A stretch of 64,000 nt of DNA from an uncultured bacterium (lineage in GTDB: Bacteria > Patescibacteriota > Minisyncoccia > Phycocordibacterales > UBA11359), in contig CAIKZC010000010.1 of the NCBI GenBank assembly GCA_903831815.1, forward strand, positions 162,474 to 226,473, written 5' to 3'. Made by a program: the position numbers and the translations under genes. Positions 47,838-57,616 of the stretch are shown one piece after another. The notes under the pieces were generated by a model. That model saw only the letters and a program-made list of their open reading frames with translations. It did no database searches and was not told the origin of the DNA. Positions within the stretch are counted from its first letter, which is position 1; every line of letters starts with the position of its first letter.

Positions 47838-48836
47838 ATGAATAAAGATCAAATTTTGGGGGCGATTGCGGAAATGTCTCGACGTGGAGAACTTTCGCAG
47901 AGTGAAGTTATGCAAGCTTTTGCCGGCAGTACAGGTCAACCTGGCGCTATTATCGAAAAACCAAAAAGCACTTCTCACCTAACTATTTCTCAAGTCCTTT
48001 CAACGATCGGCGGTCTTGTAATATGTATCGGTATCATTGTTCTAATTTTTCAACATTGGGATAATTTAACCAGTTTCTTGCGAATTTTCGTGACTCTCGG
48101 AGTTGCCATTGCCGCCTATATTGTTGCTGTTTTGTTCGACAGATATCCCAGCTTTAAAATTACCTCGTTAGTAATTTTTGCAGTTTCAATGGTTCTTGTT
48201 CCGGTCGGTCTCATGGTCACGATGAATGAATTGAATTTCACCGGTGATTCATATATATTGCAAATTATAGTTGCGCTGATCTCGTTTTTGGTTGCCATTT
48301 GCTCTTTTGCGCTTTACCGAAGCAATCTTTTCATCGCCTTTTCAGTATTGTTCGGCACTTGGCTATATTATGTGGTGATATTAAAACTTCTTGTCGCTAG
48401 CGGGGGAATTTTTAGCGGCTTCAATATTTATGCTTATATAACCATGGTTGCAGGATTGGCTTATGTTCTTATGGGTTATACATTTGATAAAAGCGGAACG
48501 GAAAGAATTGAATTGTCCGGCTGGTTGTATAAGTTCGGTTTGGTAGCTATTTTGGGATCAGGTTTGGCATTAGGTGGTATTTGGGATATCTTGTACGTTG
48601 GTTTGGTCTTCGGCGTAATCATGTTGAGTGTGTACCTCAAGAGTCGAACATTTCTCTGGCTTGGCGGAGTCTTCCTAATGTTCTACATTATCAAGATCAC
48701 CGGAAAATATTTTACCACGGGCCTCGGATGGCCATTTGCCCTAGTGCTGGCCGGTATGTTGCTTATTGCAGTAGGTTACTTTACAAGTTATATTGGAAAA
48801 AAATATATTACCAAAAATGAACCGTTACGATCATAA
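47838..48836 (+). CDS. Polytopic integral membrane protein of unknown function
   Basis: GGAGG RBS 14 nt upstream of ATG 47838 (the ORF track extends to 47814). About 8 predicted TM helices. Confidence 0.6.
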   Translation: MNKDQILGAIAEMSRRGELSQSEVMQAFAGSTGQPGAIIEKPKSTSHLTISQVLSTIGGLVICIGIIVLIFQHWDNLTSFLRIFVTLGVAIAAYIVAVLFDRYPSFKITSLVIFAVSMVLVPVGLMVTMNELNFTGDSYILQIIVALISFLVAICSFALYRSNLFIAFSVLFGTWLYYVVILKLLVASGGIFSGFNIYAYITMVAGLAYVLMGYTFDKSGTERIELSGWLYKFGLVAILGSGLALGGIWDILYVGLVFGVIMLSVYLKSRTFLWLGGVFLMFYIIKITGKYFTTGLGWPFALVLAGMLLIAVGYFTSYIGKKYITKNEPLRS

Positions 48837-51270
48837 AGAAATAGAACCAAAGTGGCAGAAAAAATGGGAGAAAGAAAAAGTTTTTGAAGCCTCGGACACT
48901 TCTACCAAACCCAAATTTTACGCGCTGATAGAATTTCCTTTTCCTTCTGGACAGGGCATGCACAACGGACATTTGCGCAGTAATACGGCCATGGACATCA
49001 TTTGCCGCAAACGCCGCGCTGAGGGATATAACGTGTTATATCCCATCGGTTGGGATGCTTTCGGATTGCCGACTGAGAACTATGCCATCAAGACCGGTAA
49101 ACAGCCGAGCGTAGTGACTAAGGAGAACACAGACACGTTTCGTCGACAATTAAAATCGGCCGGTTTTTCTTTTGATTGGAGTCGGGAAATTGATACGACC
49201 GATCCGGCTTACTATAAATGGACGCAGTGGATTTTCTTGCAATTTTTCAAACAAAATTTGGCATACAAGAAAAAAATGTCGATCAATTGGTGCCCGAAAG
49301 ACAAGATCGGTTTGGCTAATGAGGAAGTTGTGAACGGTCTTTGCGAGAGATGCGGTACCCCGGTGGAAAAGCGCGACAAAGAGCAATGGATGCTCGCTAT
49401 CACCAAATACGCCGATCGTTTAAGTCGCGATTTGGATACGGTTGATTATTTGGAAAACATCAAAACTCAACAACGAAATTGGATCGGACGCAGTGAAGGC
49501 TCGGAATTTAAATTTAAAGTTGAAGGTGCTGGTGAAATAAAAGTTTTTACGACTCGTGCCGATACGATTTTTGGTGTAACTTATGTTGTCCTTGCACCGG
49601 AGCATCCGCTAGTTGATAAATTTATTCAACAAATTGTAAATGCTGGTGAAGTTGAAGCTTATGTTAAAAAAGCTAAAGCAAAAACCGAAATTGATCGCAC
49701 TACCGAAGGCAAAGAAAAAACCGGCGTCGAGCTCAAAGGTGTGAAAGCAATAAATCCTGTGAATGGTGAAAGAGTGTCTGTTTGGGTGGCCGATTATGTG
49801 CTTGGAGGATATGGCACTGGTGCTGTCATGGCTGTACCGGCTCACGACGAACGAGATTTTGCTTTTGCTCATAAATATAATTTACCGATCAAGGAGGTTA
49901 TTAAAGGTGAAAAAAAGAATCCTAAAAAAACTGAATACTTTTTAGAAGATGGCATCTTGATCAATTCCGGTAAGTTTGACGGCATGAAGTCAGAGGAAGC
50001 TAGACAGAAAATTACGACGGATTTTGGTGAAGCAAAAGTAACTTATAAATTGAAAGATTGGATTTTTTCTCGTCAGCGATATTGGGGTGAGCCGATCCCG
50101 CTCGTTTATTGCGAAAATTGCGCTCAAAAAGGCAATGGTTGGATCGCTGTGCCCGAAGCGGATTTGCCGGTCACACTCCCAGAAGTCAAAAACTACCAAC
50201 CAACCAACACGGGCGAGTCGCCACTTTCCAATATTAAAGAATGGGTCAATACTAAATGTCCGGCCTGTGGTGGTCCGGCAAAACGAGAAACCGACACGAT
50301 GCCAAATTGGGCCGGTTCAAGCTGGTACTACTTGCGTTACGTTGATCCCAAAAATTCCAAAGAATTCGCTTCCCAAAAACTTCTCAAAAAATGGACACCG
50401 GTAGATTGGTATAACGGGGGAATGGAGCATACAACTTTGCACTTGTTATATTCCCGTTTCTGGCACAAATTCCTTTTTGATCTCGGACTTGTTCCGACCA
50501 GTGAACCATATAGCAAACGCACGGCACACGGACTAATTCTGGCTGCCGACGGTGAGAAGATGTCAAAATCTCGAGGTAATGTCGTAAATCCGGACGAATT
50601 TATTACCACATACGGCGCAGACGCTTTAAGGCTTTACGAAATGTTCATGGGTCCATTCGATCAACCTGTGAGTTGGAACGACGATGGCATCGTTGGTACG
50701 TTCCGTTTCCTTGAACGTGTTTGGCGATTGCAAGAAAAAGTGGTTTCGGAAAAGTTTGTTGATAAAATAAAAAATATTGCCGGTAAAAAGGAAAAAAATA
50801 CGCCAAAGATCGAGACTTTGCTTCACCGGACGATCGCAAAAGTTACTAACGACATCGAAGATATGCATTTCAACACCGCAATCTCGGCTATGATGATCTT
50901 GACTAATGAATTTGAAAAATTGGATTCGATCGAAATCGAGTGGTACAAAATTTTAATTCAATTGCTTGCGCCATTCGCTCCGCATATCGCCGAAGAGCTC
51001 TGGACAGTTCTAAAAAACAAAGGTTTTGTGCACCAGTCGGCATGGCCAAAATCGGATTCTACGAAAATGGAAAATAAGCAGATAGTCATGATTGTTCAGG
51101 TCAACGGAAAAGTTCGTTCACAATTTGAAGCGAATGTAGGTATATCTGAAAATGAGGCCAAAAATAAGGCTATTTCAGATACTAATGCCAAAAAATATAT
51201 TGATGGAAAGCAAATTAAAAGAGTGATTTTTGTTCCAAATAAATTGATCAATATTGTAGTAGGGGAATGA
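48817..51270 (+). CDS. leuS: Leucine--tRNA ligase
   Basis: HIGH-type motif HNGH and KMSKS (GEKMSKSRGN). The N-terminus YDHKEIEPKWQKKW and the GWDAFGLP motif are typical of LeuS. ATG at 48817 chosen (track start 48793). Confidence 0.9.
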   Translation: MNRYDHKEIEPKWQKKWEKEKVFEASDTSTKPKFYALIEFPFPSGQGMHNGHLRSNTAMDIICRKRRAEGYNVLYPIGWDAFGLPTENYAIKTGKQPSVVTKENTDTFRRQLKSAGFSFDWSREIDTTDPAYYKWTQWIFLQFFKQNLAYKKKMSINWCPKDKIGLANEEVVNGLCERCGTPVEKRDKEQWMLAITKYADRLSRDLDTVDYLENIKTQQRNWIGRSEGSEFKFKVEGAGEIKVFTTRADTIFGVTYVVLAPEHPLVDKFIQQIVNAGEVEAYVKKAKAKTEIDRTTEGKEKTGVELKGVKAINPVNGERVSVWVADYVLGGYGTGAVMAVPAHDERDFAFAHKYNLPIKEVIKGEKKNPKKTEYFLEDGILINSGKFDGMKSEEARQKITTDFGEAKVTYKLKDWIFSRQRYWGEPIPLVYCENCAQKGNGWIAVPEADLPVTLPEVKNYQPTNTGESPLSNIKEWVNTKCPACGGPAKRETDTMPNWAGSSWYYLRYVDPKNSKEFASQKLLKKWTPVDWYNGGMEHTTLHLLYSRFWHKFLFDLGLVPTSEPYSKRTAHGLILAADGEKMSKSRGNVVNPDEFITTYGADALRLYEMFMGPFDQPVSWNDDGIVGTFRFLERVWRLQEKVVSEKFVDKIKNIAGKKEKNTPKIETLLHRTIAKVTNDIEDMHFNTAISAMMILTNEFEKLDSIEIEWYKILIQLLAPFAPHIAEELWTVLKNKGFVHQSAWPKSDSTKMENKQIVMIVQVNGKVRSQFEANVGISENEAKNKAISDTNAKKYIDGKQIKRVIFVPNKLINIVVGE

Positions 51271-51369
51271 AAATATAAATTTGCTTGACTTGTATACATT
51301 ATAATGATAAAACAGTAAGTACAAACAAATTTAAGAGTAATTATTTAGTCGACATAATAAAATCATTTT

Positions 51370-52404
51370 ATGAACACGCTGACATTCAAACCGAAGCAAG
51401 TCACAAAAAAACTTTTAAGCATTCTCCCTGCTCGTTCTCGCGACGTGCTTGTTTCTCGATATGGTTTGGGTGCTGATGCCGAAAAGATGACCCTCGAAGC
51501 AATCGGTAAACTTTATCACATCACTCGTGAGCGTGTTCGACAAATCGAAAATTACGCACTCAGCGCTATCCGTAAATCCGAGGATTACAAAAAAGAGCGA
51601 TCTTCTTTTGAAGAATTGGAAAAAATGATCGAAGGTTTGGGAGGTATTGTGGTTGAAAGCGATCTCTTGGAACATGTTACTAAAGAAGAGTCAGCTCAAA
51701 ATCATTTACATTTCTTGCTGGTTGTCGGTGAATCATTTAAAAAATTGAAAGAAGACGAAGAATTCAAACATCGATGGTATGTTGATGAAATGTTGGCCGA
51801 TAAAGTTCACAATTCTCTTCGCAAATTCTACAAAAGTCTTTCCGACAATGATCTGATTCCAGAATCTGAAGTTGTTTCAAAATTTCTTGATCATGTTAAA
51901 GACATGTCTGTCGAAGCACGCGATGAAGAGGTGGCTAAACGATGGCTTTCAATTTCGAAACAAATCGGCAAAAATCCGCTTGGTGAATGGGGACTCACTT
52001 CTTCTCCAAATATCAGTATCAAAGGTATGCGAGATTGCGCTTTCCTTGTGATTCGTCGTCATGGATCACCGATCCACTTTCGCGAAGTCGCCAGCAGTAT
52101 CGAAAAAATGTTTGGTAAAAAGGCTCATGTTGCTACGACTCACAATGAACTTATCAAAGACCCTCGTTTTGTTTTGGTTGGACGCGGTTTGTACGCTCTA
52201 GCTGAATGGGGTTACCTCTCAGGCGTCGTTCGGGAAGTTATCAAAAAAATAATCGAGAAGAACGGACCATTGACCAAAGATAAAGTTATTGAAAAAGTCC
52301 TCAAGGAGCGTTATGTCAAAGAGAACACAATTTTGGTTAATCTTCAAAATCCTAAATACTTCAAAAAAGATAAAGAGGGACGATATTCTGTTGTAACGGC
52401 CTAG
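51370..52404 (+). CDS. Sigma-70 region 4 (HTH) domain-containing protein with uncharacterised C-terminal domain
   Basis: The N-terminus LSILPARSRDVLVSRYGL...MTLEAIGKLYHITRERVRQIENYALSAIRK matches sigma70 region 4. No regions 2 or 3 are evident. Confidence 0.55.
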   Translation: MNTLTFKPKQVTKKLLSILPARSRDVLVSRYGLGADAEKMTLEAIGKLYHITRERVRQIENYALSAIRKSEDYKKERSSFEELEKMIEGLGGIVVESDLLEHVTKEESAQNHLHFLLVVGESFKKLKEDEEFKHRWYVDEMLADKVHNSLRKFYKSLSDNDLIPESEVVSKFLDHVKDMSVEARDEEVAKRWLSISKQIGKNPLGEWGLTSSPNISIKGMRDCAFLVIRRHGSPIHFREVASSIEKMFGKKAHVATTHNELIKDPRFVLVGRGLYALAEWGYLSGVVREVIKKIIEKNGPLTKDKVIEKVLKERYVKENTILVNLQNPKYFKKDKEGRYSVVTA

Positions 52405-52455
52405 TTTTTTTCCCGCTATCCCCAAAAGAGCGCTTGCTCTGCTTAAAATATACTC

Positions 52456-52461
52456 TATAAT
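52456..52461 (+). promoter_or_regulatory. -10 box TATAAT exactly 6 nt upstream of the ATG at 52468
   Basis: ctcTATAATagtagtATG. Confidence 0.5.
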
Positions 52462-52467
52462 AGTAGT

Positions 52468-53775
52468 ATGATCTCTGATTTCATGCGACAGTTTTTTGGT
52501 AGCACCGGGACACAAATTCTGTCTTTTGTTTTCTATCTCTATCCGATTTGGTTACCTATTATTCTCGCAGCCGTTTTTTGGGATATTTGGATCTATTATA
52601 TCCAGAATTGGTATTTTTCTTCCATAAAATATAGTTTGTTGGAAATTAAACTGCCTCTTGAAATTAACAAGTCACCGCATGCGATGGAACTCATTATTGA
52701 TTCGTTTTGGCAGATTGGAGGAGAAACGACTTTCTTCGATAGAAATTGGAGCGGCAAGACTCGGCCGTATTATTCTTTGGAAATTGCTTCAATTGAAGGC
52801 GAAGTTCATTTCTATGTTTGGACACGTACGACCGAGAAAGATTTGATTGAGTCTAGGATCTATTCTCAATATCCGGGAGTTGAAGTTTATGAAGTGCCTG
52901 ATTACACCGCGGGTTTTGAGTATGACGAGTCGAAGTATAAAATGACGGCTTGCGTTTTCCAATTCGTAAACGGTAAAAATCCTGCACTTCCAATAAAAAC
53001 ATATATAGATTTTGGTTTGGACCAAAATCCAAAAGAGGAGCACAAGGTTGATCCATTAACTCCACTTCTCGAATTTATCGGTTCTATCGGTCCTGGTGAG
53101 CAGGTTTGGTATCAGATTGTTTTACATACACACAAAGCCGGTGGTGATCGATGGGCAAAGAATAAATGGCCTACACTTAAATTTGATTTTAAGAAATCAA
53201 TGATCGGACTTTATTTGGATACCAAAGGCATGTCGGTCTTCAAGAAAAAAGATTGGAAAGATGATGCCAATGCCGTTATTCAAAAAATGCGCGATGCGTT
53301 GAAAGATCCGGAACATCCTGAATATTTCCCAAGAGTTATGACTAAAGGCGAATCGGAAACGATCGCGGCTATGGAACGAACTGTGGCTAAGCCGGCTTTT
53401 AACGTTGGAATCAGAGCTGTTTATATTGCCGCAAAAGATAAATATATCGGTGGTCGCAAGAACGATCTCATGGGCGCATATCGTCATTTTAATTCCGTTT
53501 ACAATGGTATAAAACCTGATCCGGGATATACCGGTTATGATAATATTTGGTCGGACTTTATGGGTATCGGAGAAAGCAGTATGAAGAGATATGCTCTGAA
53601 TGCATATAAACATCGCGGTTTCTTTTTTCCTCCATATAAAGAGAAAAAAGTTTTCATTATGAATGGCGAGGAAATTGCGACTCTTTATCATTTCCCTGGC
53701 GCCGTGGCTGGAACTCCAACACTCACTCGTATTCCCTCGAAAAAAGCCGAAGCTCCGTCAAATTTGCCTGTATAG
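52468..53775 (+). CDS. Hypothetical membrane-associated protein (N-terminal TM)
   Basis: 435-aa ORF with an N-terminal hydrophobic segment FVFYLYPIWLPIILAAVFW. No recognised domain. Confidence 0.55.
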   Translation: MISDFMRQFFGSTGTQILSFVFYLYPIWLPIILAAVFWDIWIYYIQNWYFSSIKYSLLEIKLPLEINKSPHAMELIIDSFWQIGGETTFFDRNWSGKTRPYYSLEIASIEGEVHFYVWTRTTEKDLIESRIYSQYPGVEVYEVPDYTAGFEYDESKYKMTACVFQFVNGKNPALPIKTYIDFGLDQNPKEEHKVDPLTPLLEFIGSIGPGEQVWYQIVLHTHKAGGDRWAKNKWPTLKFDFKKSMIGLYLDTKGMSVFKKKDWKDDANAVIQKMRDALKDPEHPEYFPRVMTKGESETIAAMERTVAKPAFNVGIRAVYIAAKDKYIGGRKNDLMGAYRHFNSVYNGIKPDPGYTGYDNIWSDFMGIGESSMKRYALNAYKHRGFFFPPYKEKKVFIMNGEEIATLYHFPGAVAGTPTLTRIPSKKAEAPSNLPV

Positions 53776-53801
53776 GGTACACTATCTTAAGATAACAGTT
53801 T

Positions 53802-54782
53802 ATGGATTTTATTTCTTTTATACCGCCAAGATCGTGGCTTTACAAAAACTATCTGCGCGTTTTTGCAGTACTCGTTTTGTTGTTAATAGGTTTTTTGATT
53901 TATCTAAACGAACCGTCACAAAAGTTTTCCGTCGGCGGTTATGTCACCGTAAAGTCTGGTGAACCTCTTTCAGCTATCGCGAGCGATCTTAAAGTTAAAC
54001 ATATCATCCGTTCCACGACTTTATTAAAAAGTATGATTGTGCTGGCTGCCGGGGAAAAGAAATTGGTGGCTGGGAACTATTATTTTACTCGACCTATTTC
54101 AACATTTGGCATTGTTTCAAGATTAATGAAAGGTGACTTTGAAATAACTTCGATCAGAATCACAATTCCCGAAGGATATACAATGGTTCAAATTTCGAAT
54201 CTTCTTTCTGACAAACTTCATAATTTTTCGGCCGAAGAATTTCTGAAACACGCCCCAATTGAAGAAGGTTATTTTTTTCCGGACACATACTTTTTTGCAC
54301 TAGATGCTACGACCGATGAAGTAATTATCGCATTTCATAAAAATTTTGAAGAAAAAATTAAAAGCGTCAAAGGTGAAATTTTAGCTTCCGGTCATTCACA
54401 AAAAGAAATTGTTACCATGGCTTCGATTTTGGAAGAGGAAGCTCGAACGACTCAAGATTGGCAGACCATTTCAAGTATTCTTTGGAAAAGGATAAAAATC
54501 GGCATGCCTTTGCAAGTCGATTCCACTTTGAGTTATGTGGTGGGCAGAATAAGCAGTGAACTCACAACCAAAGATCTAAAGATGAAATCGCCATATAATA
54601 CTTATACTAATAAAGGGTTGCCGCCGACCCCGATTGCCAATCCTGGCCTCAAAACCATCGTGGCGGCGGCAACTCCAACCTCCACCCCGTATCTGTACTA
54701 TCTTTCCGATCAAAATGGTGATATACATTATGCGGCGACTTTTGCCGAACATGTCCAAAATCGCCATACATATCTTCAATAG
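53802..54782 (+). CDS. mltG: Endolytic murein transglycosylase MltG (YceG family)
   Basis: N-terminal TM, GNYYF..., QVDSTLSYV...SPYNTYTNKGLPPTPIANPG are YceG/MltG signatures. Confidence 0.8.
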   Translation: MDFISFIPPRSWLYKNYLRVFAVLVLLLIGFLIYLNEPSQKFSVGGYVTVKSGEPLSAIASDLKVKHIIRSTTLLKSMIVLAAGEKKLVAGNYYFTRPISTFGIVSRLMKGDFEITSIRITIPEGYTMVQISNLLSDKLHNFSAEEFLKHAPIEEGYFFPDTYFFALDATTDEVIIAFHKNFEEKIKSVKGEILASGHSQKEIVTMASILEEEARTTQDWQTISSILWKRIKIGMPLQVDSTLSYVVGRISSELTTKDLKMKSPYNTYTNKGLPPTPIANPGLKTIVAAATPTSTPYLYYLSDQNGDIHYAATFAEHVQNRHTYLQ

Positions 54783-55880
54783 ATGACTAACATGAAAAAA
54801 GTTTTTGTCGGACTTTCCGGTGGTGTGGATTCGTCTGTTTCTGCAGCGCTTCTTAAACGTGACGGTTATGATGTCACAGGCGTTTTCATCAAGGCTTGGT
54901 ATCCGGATTTTTTAACTTGCACATGGAAAGAAGATCGACGTGACGCTATGCGAGTGTGTGCTGTACTTGATATTCCATTTTTAACTATTGATTTGGAAAA
55001 AGAATATAAAAAAGAAGTGATCGATTATATGATTCGCGAATATGCCGAAGGTCGCACACCAAATCCCGACGTCATGTGCAATAAAGCGATAAAGTTCGGT
55101 GGATTTTTCAAAAAAGCTATGGCGCTCGGTGCGGATTATGTGGCGACAGGGCACTATGCTCGTGTAGTTGAAGCACGACAAGATTTGGATGATGAAAGAT
55201 CGGTCATTTACAAAATGTTGGAAGCTAAAGACGACAACAAAGATCAAACATATTTTTTGTGGACGCTGACGCAGAAAGAATTGTCGCATACTTTATTTCC
55301 GGTTGGTGATATGCCTAAATCGAAAGTGCGAGAACTGGCGGAGGAATTTGGTTTGCCAACGGCGACCAAAAAAGACAGCCAAGGATTGTGTTTTCTCGGT
55401 AAAGTTGATCTGAAAGATTTTCTCGGTCATTACTTTAAAGAAGAGCATGGTGATGTTATTGATGATGAAACCGGTGAAGTTGTCGGTACTCATAATGGCG
55501 CGTGGTTCTATACCGTCGGGGAACGACGTGGTTTCGTGACCTTCGCCGAAACACCGGACGAAAAGCCTTATTACATTATCGCCAAAGACGTTAAGAAAAA
55601 TACTTTAACTGTTTCGCATAAAACTTCGGTTGATGCGCCACTCATGCCGACTCGGGAGATTCGCATCACTAACGCTAACTGGATTTCCGGTAGCGCACCA
55701 CTTCGCAAGAAAATTTCCGCTCGAACGCGCTATCGTCAAGAATTAGTGAACTGTAAAGTCGGGCAAGATGCCGATGGATATTTTGTAGAATTTGATACGG
55801 ATCAAAGCGTTGTTTCGGCTGGGCAATCTATCGTTTTTTATCATCAAGGGGAATGTTTAGGTGGGGCAGTGGTGGAATAA
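54783..55880 (+). CDS. mnmA: tRNA-specific 2-thiouridylase MnmA
   Basis: PP-loop GLSGGVDSSV, ...GVFIKAW...C..., and the C-terminal beta-barrel region match MnmA. Confidence 0.9.
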   Translation: MTNMKKVFVGLSGGVDSSVSAALLKRDGYDVTGVFIKAWYPDFLTCTWKEDRRDAMRVCAVLDIPFLTIDLEKEYKKEVIDYMIREYAEGRTPNPDVMCNKAIKFGGFFKKAMALGADYVATGHYARVVEARQDLDDERSVIYKMLEAKDDNKDQTYFLWTLTQKELSHTLFPVGDMPKSKVRELAEEFGLPTATKKDSQGLCFLGKVDLKDFLGHYFKEEHGDVIDDETGEVVGTHNGAWFYTVGERRGFVTFAETPDEKPYYIIAKDVKKNTLTVSHKTSVDAPLMPTREIRITNANWISGSAPLRKKISARTRYRQELVNCKVGQDADGYFVEFDTDQSVVSAGQSIVFYHQGECLGGAVVE

Positions 55881-56027
55881 AGCAAGCAATATTAAAAAGT
55901 TAAAAAGACGCAAGAGCAAGGTGTCTCGAGGGCACAGGTAAATTTCCTGCTGGAAATTTCCTTCACACTCGGCCCGTCGGCCTCCGTGAGTCCCTCACAA
56001 CAGCCTTTTTGTTTGCTTTATAATTAT

Positions 56028-56056
56028 TTGACTATTACACATAAGTATGATATATT
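56028..56056 (+). promoter_or_regulatory. Near-consensus sigma70-like promoter TTGACT-N17-TATATT
   Basis: tTTGACTattacacataagtatgaTATATTac, ~80 nt upstream of the 56139 ORF. Confidence 0.5.
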
Positions 56057-56138
56057 ACTAGTTAGTTGTACTTTGAACGAAACTAGACCGCGCTGTTAAG
56101 CCCTTTTTAACCCCACAGGGGTATGGAAAGGGGCCCAT

Positions 56139-56990
56139 ATGGCTCTCAGAGATTACGGTTACGATCCCTATGCGGACACTGGTGGCCTTTACGATGATCG
56201 TGCTTTACCAAGAGCGAAGCACATCTTGAGGTTTCGGTTGGAGAAGAATTTCCTGACCGGCCAGATGGTTTGGCGTGTGTTTGTTGGTGGTACCTTGTAT
56301 GAGGTGTCGCTTACGGCCAAGAATCAGCCAACTTCGAACGACGAGGTTTGGCTTTGCCAGGAAGCCGAAAACGCCGGACAGACGGAGACCGACAGAAGGT
56401 TGGTGCCCGTCGAGCCCATGAGTCTGCTCTTTAACGGGCAACAGGCATTTCGGTTCACGGCTGATTTGAAGCGACTTTTTGCGGGTAAACCCTGCATGAA
56501 GGCGTATCTTCCGCACCACGATCTCAATATATGGTGTGTTCCGGACAAGGATGGAGAATCTCAGCCGACCGACGGACACGAGTTCTGGTTCTGTCAGTTT
56601 ACGCGCGTTGTGGTGCTTGACTACGACAAGGGCTATCTTCTCGTGGCAGTGAAACTGCTTCGGGAAGACACCGAGGCTCGCGACCGGCATTTGGCTAAAG
56701 AAGCTGAGCTGGAAGTGATTCGTCAGCAGAACGAGAAGGATGCCGCGACTCGGGCTGAGGCCAGTAGCAAGGAGTGGGCGATCATGCGGGCGAAATGGCA
56801 ACAGGAAAGTGTTAGACAGTCCGCTGTCGACGTCGCCAAGGAGGAACTGGCGAGACAGTTCCCGACAATTGCCGCAAAGCAACAGCAGAGCAGGCTTCAG
56901 GAACGGTTGATGGGCGTGTCGACAAGTGTCGTTAGCACATTGCCGTCTCCTGACCGCAAACGCAGGAAAACGGTTATGAGGTCTTGGTAG
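56139..56990 (+). CDS. Hypothetical protein with C-terminal coiled-coil/charged region (GC-rich, ~52% GC)
   Basis: 283-aa ORF with a promoter, RBS GGAAAGGGG and a downstream terminator, all on the + strand. The antisense ORF 56205..57092 is judged to be a GC artefact. Confidence 0.55.
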   Translation: MALRDYGYDPYADTGGLYDDRALPRAKHILRFRLEKNFLTGQMVWRVFVGGTLYEVSLTAKNQPTSNDEVWLCQEAENAGQTETDRRLVPVEPMSLLFNGQQAFRFTADLKRLFAGKPCMKAYLPHHDLNIWCVPDKDGESQPTDGHEFWFCQFTRVVVLDYDKGYLLVAVKLLREDTEARDRHLAKEAELEVIRQQNEKDAATRAEASSKEWAIMRAKWQQESVRQSAVDVAKEELARQFPTIAAKQQQSRLQERLMGVSTSVVSTLPSPDRKRRKTVMRSW

Positions 56991-57040
56991 ACGTGACACA
57001 CCCCAATCTTCCAGGGATATAATTTGGATGAAATACAATG

Positions 57041-57075
57041 GCCCGGACTCACTGAGAGTTCGGGCTTCTCTTTTT
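57041..57075 (+). terminator. Rho-independent terminator (GCCCGGACTC/GAGTTCGGGC stem + TTCTCTTTTT)
   Basis: gcccggactcactgagagttcgggcttctcttttt. Confidence 0.7.
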
Positions 57076-57144
57076 ATATATTTTTTATACACACATTTAT
57101 ATTACGGTTGGGTTGTAAGTTGTGACATATGATAGTATTAATTT

Positions 57145-57579
57145 ATGATTGATGAAAAAACTTTCAGTAACGATGTGTCATTTCAAGGTGTAAAAGGATT
57201 GATTTTTATAGGAGATAGGATAATTGTTTTTCGTAGAGATGAAAAAACGAAATTATTTCCTTTACAAGTCGATTTGCCTGGAGGTGGCAGGGAAGGCACT
57301 GAATCGCCATTTGAAACTTTTAAAAGAGAAACAAAAGAAGAGTTTGGTTTAAATTTACTTGAGAAGGATGTTTGTTATTCGAAAAAGTATAATAGTCACC
57401 TATTTCCAGGTGAGTTTTCGTATTTTATTGTAACTAAGCCTTCAAAAATTAAAGAACAAGATATTGTTTTTGGAGATGAGGGCTTGGAGTATTTTTTAAT
57501 AAATCCGCAGGATTTTATTAATTTAGTAGATGGTGTTAAGTATCAACAAGAACGAGTAGCAAACTATTTGAGGCTATAG
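57145..57579 (+). CDS. Nudix hydrolase
   Basis: The Nudix box GGREGTESPFETFKRETKEEFGL fits Gx5Ex7REUxEExGU. Confidence 0.8.
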   Translation: MIDEKTFSNDVSFQGVKGLIFIGDRIIVFRRDEKTKLFPLQVDLPGGGREGTESPFETFKRETKEEFGLNLLEKDVCYSKKYNSHLFPGEFSYFIVTKPSKIKEQDIVFGDEGLEYFLINPQDFINLVDGVKYQQERVANYLRL

Positions 57580-57616
57580 CGGGACTTATTAAACCGCGAT
57601 ATAATGAAGGATAACT

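Noticed and set aside
56205-57092. 295-aa minus-strand ORF overlapping the 56139..56990 + ORF
   Set aside because: The promoter, RBS (GGAAAGGGG) and terminator all lie on the + strand. The long antisense ORF is expected by chance in a 52% GC segment with few AT-rich stop codons.
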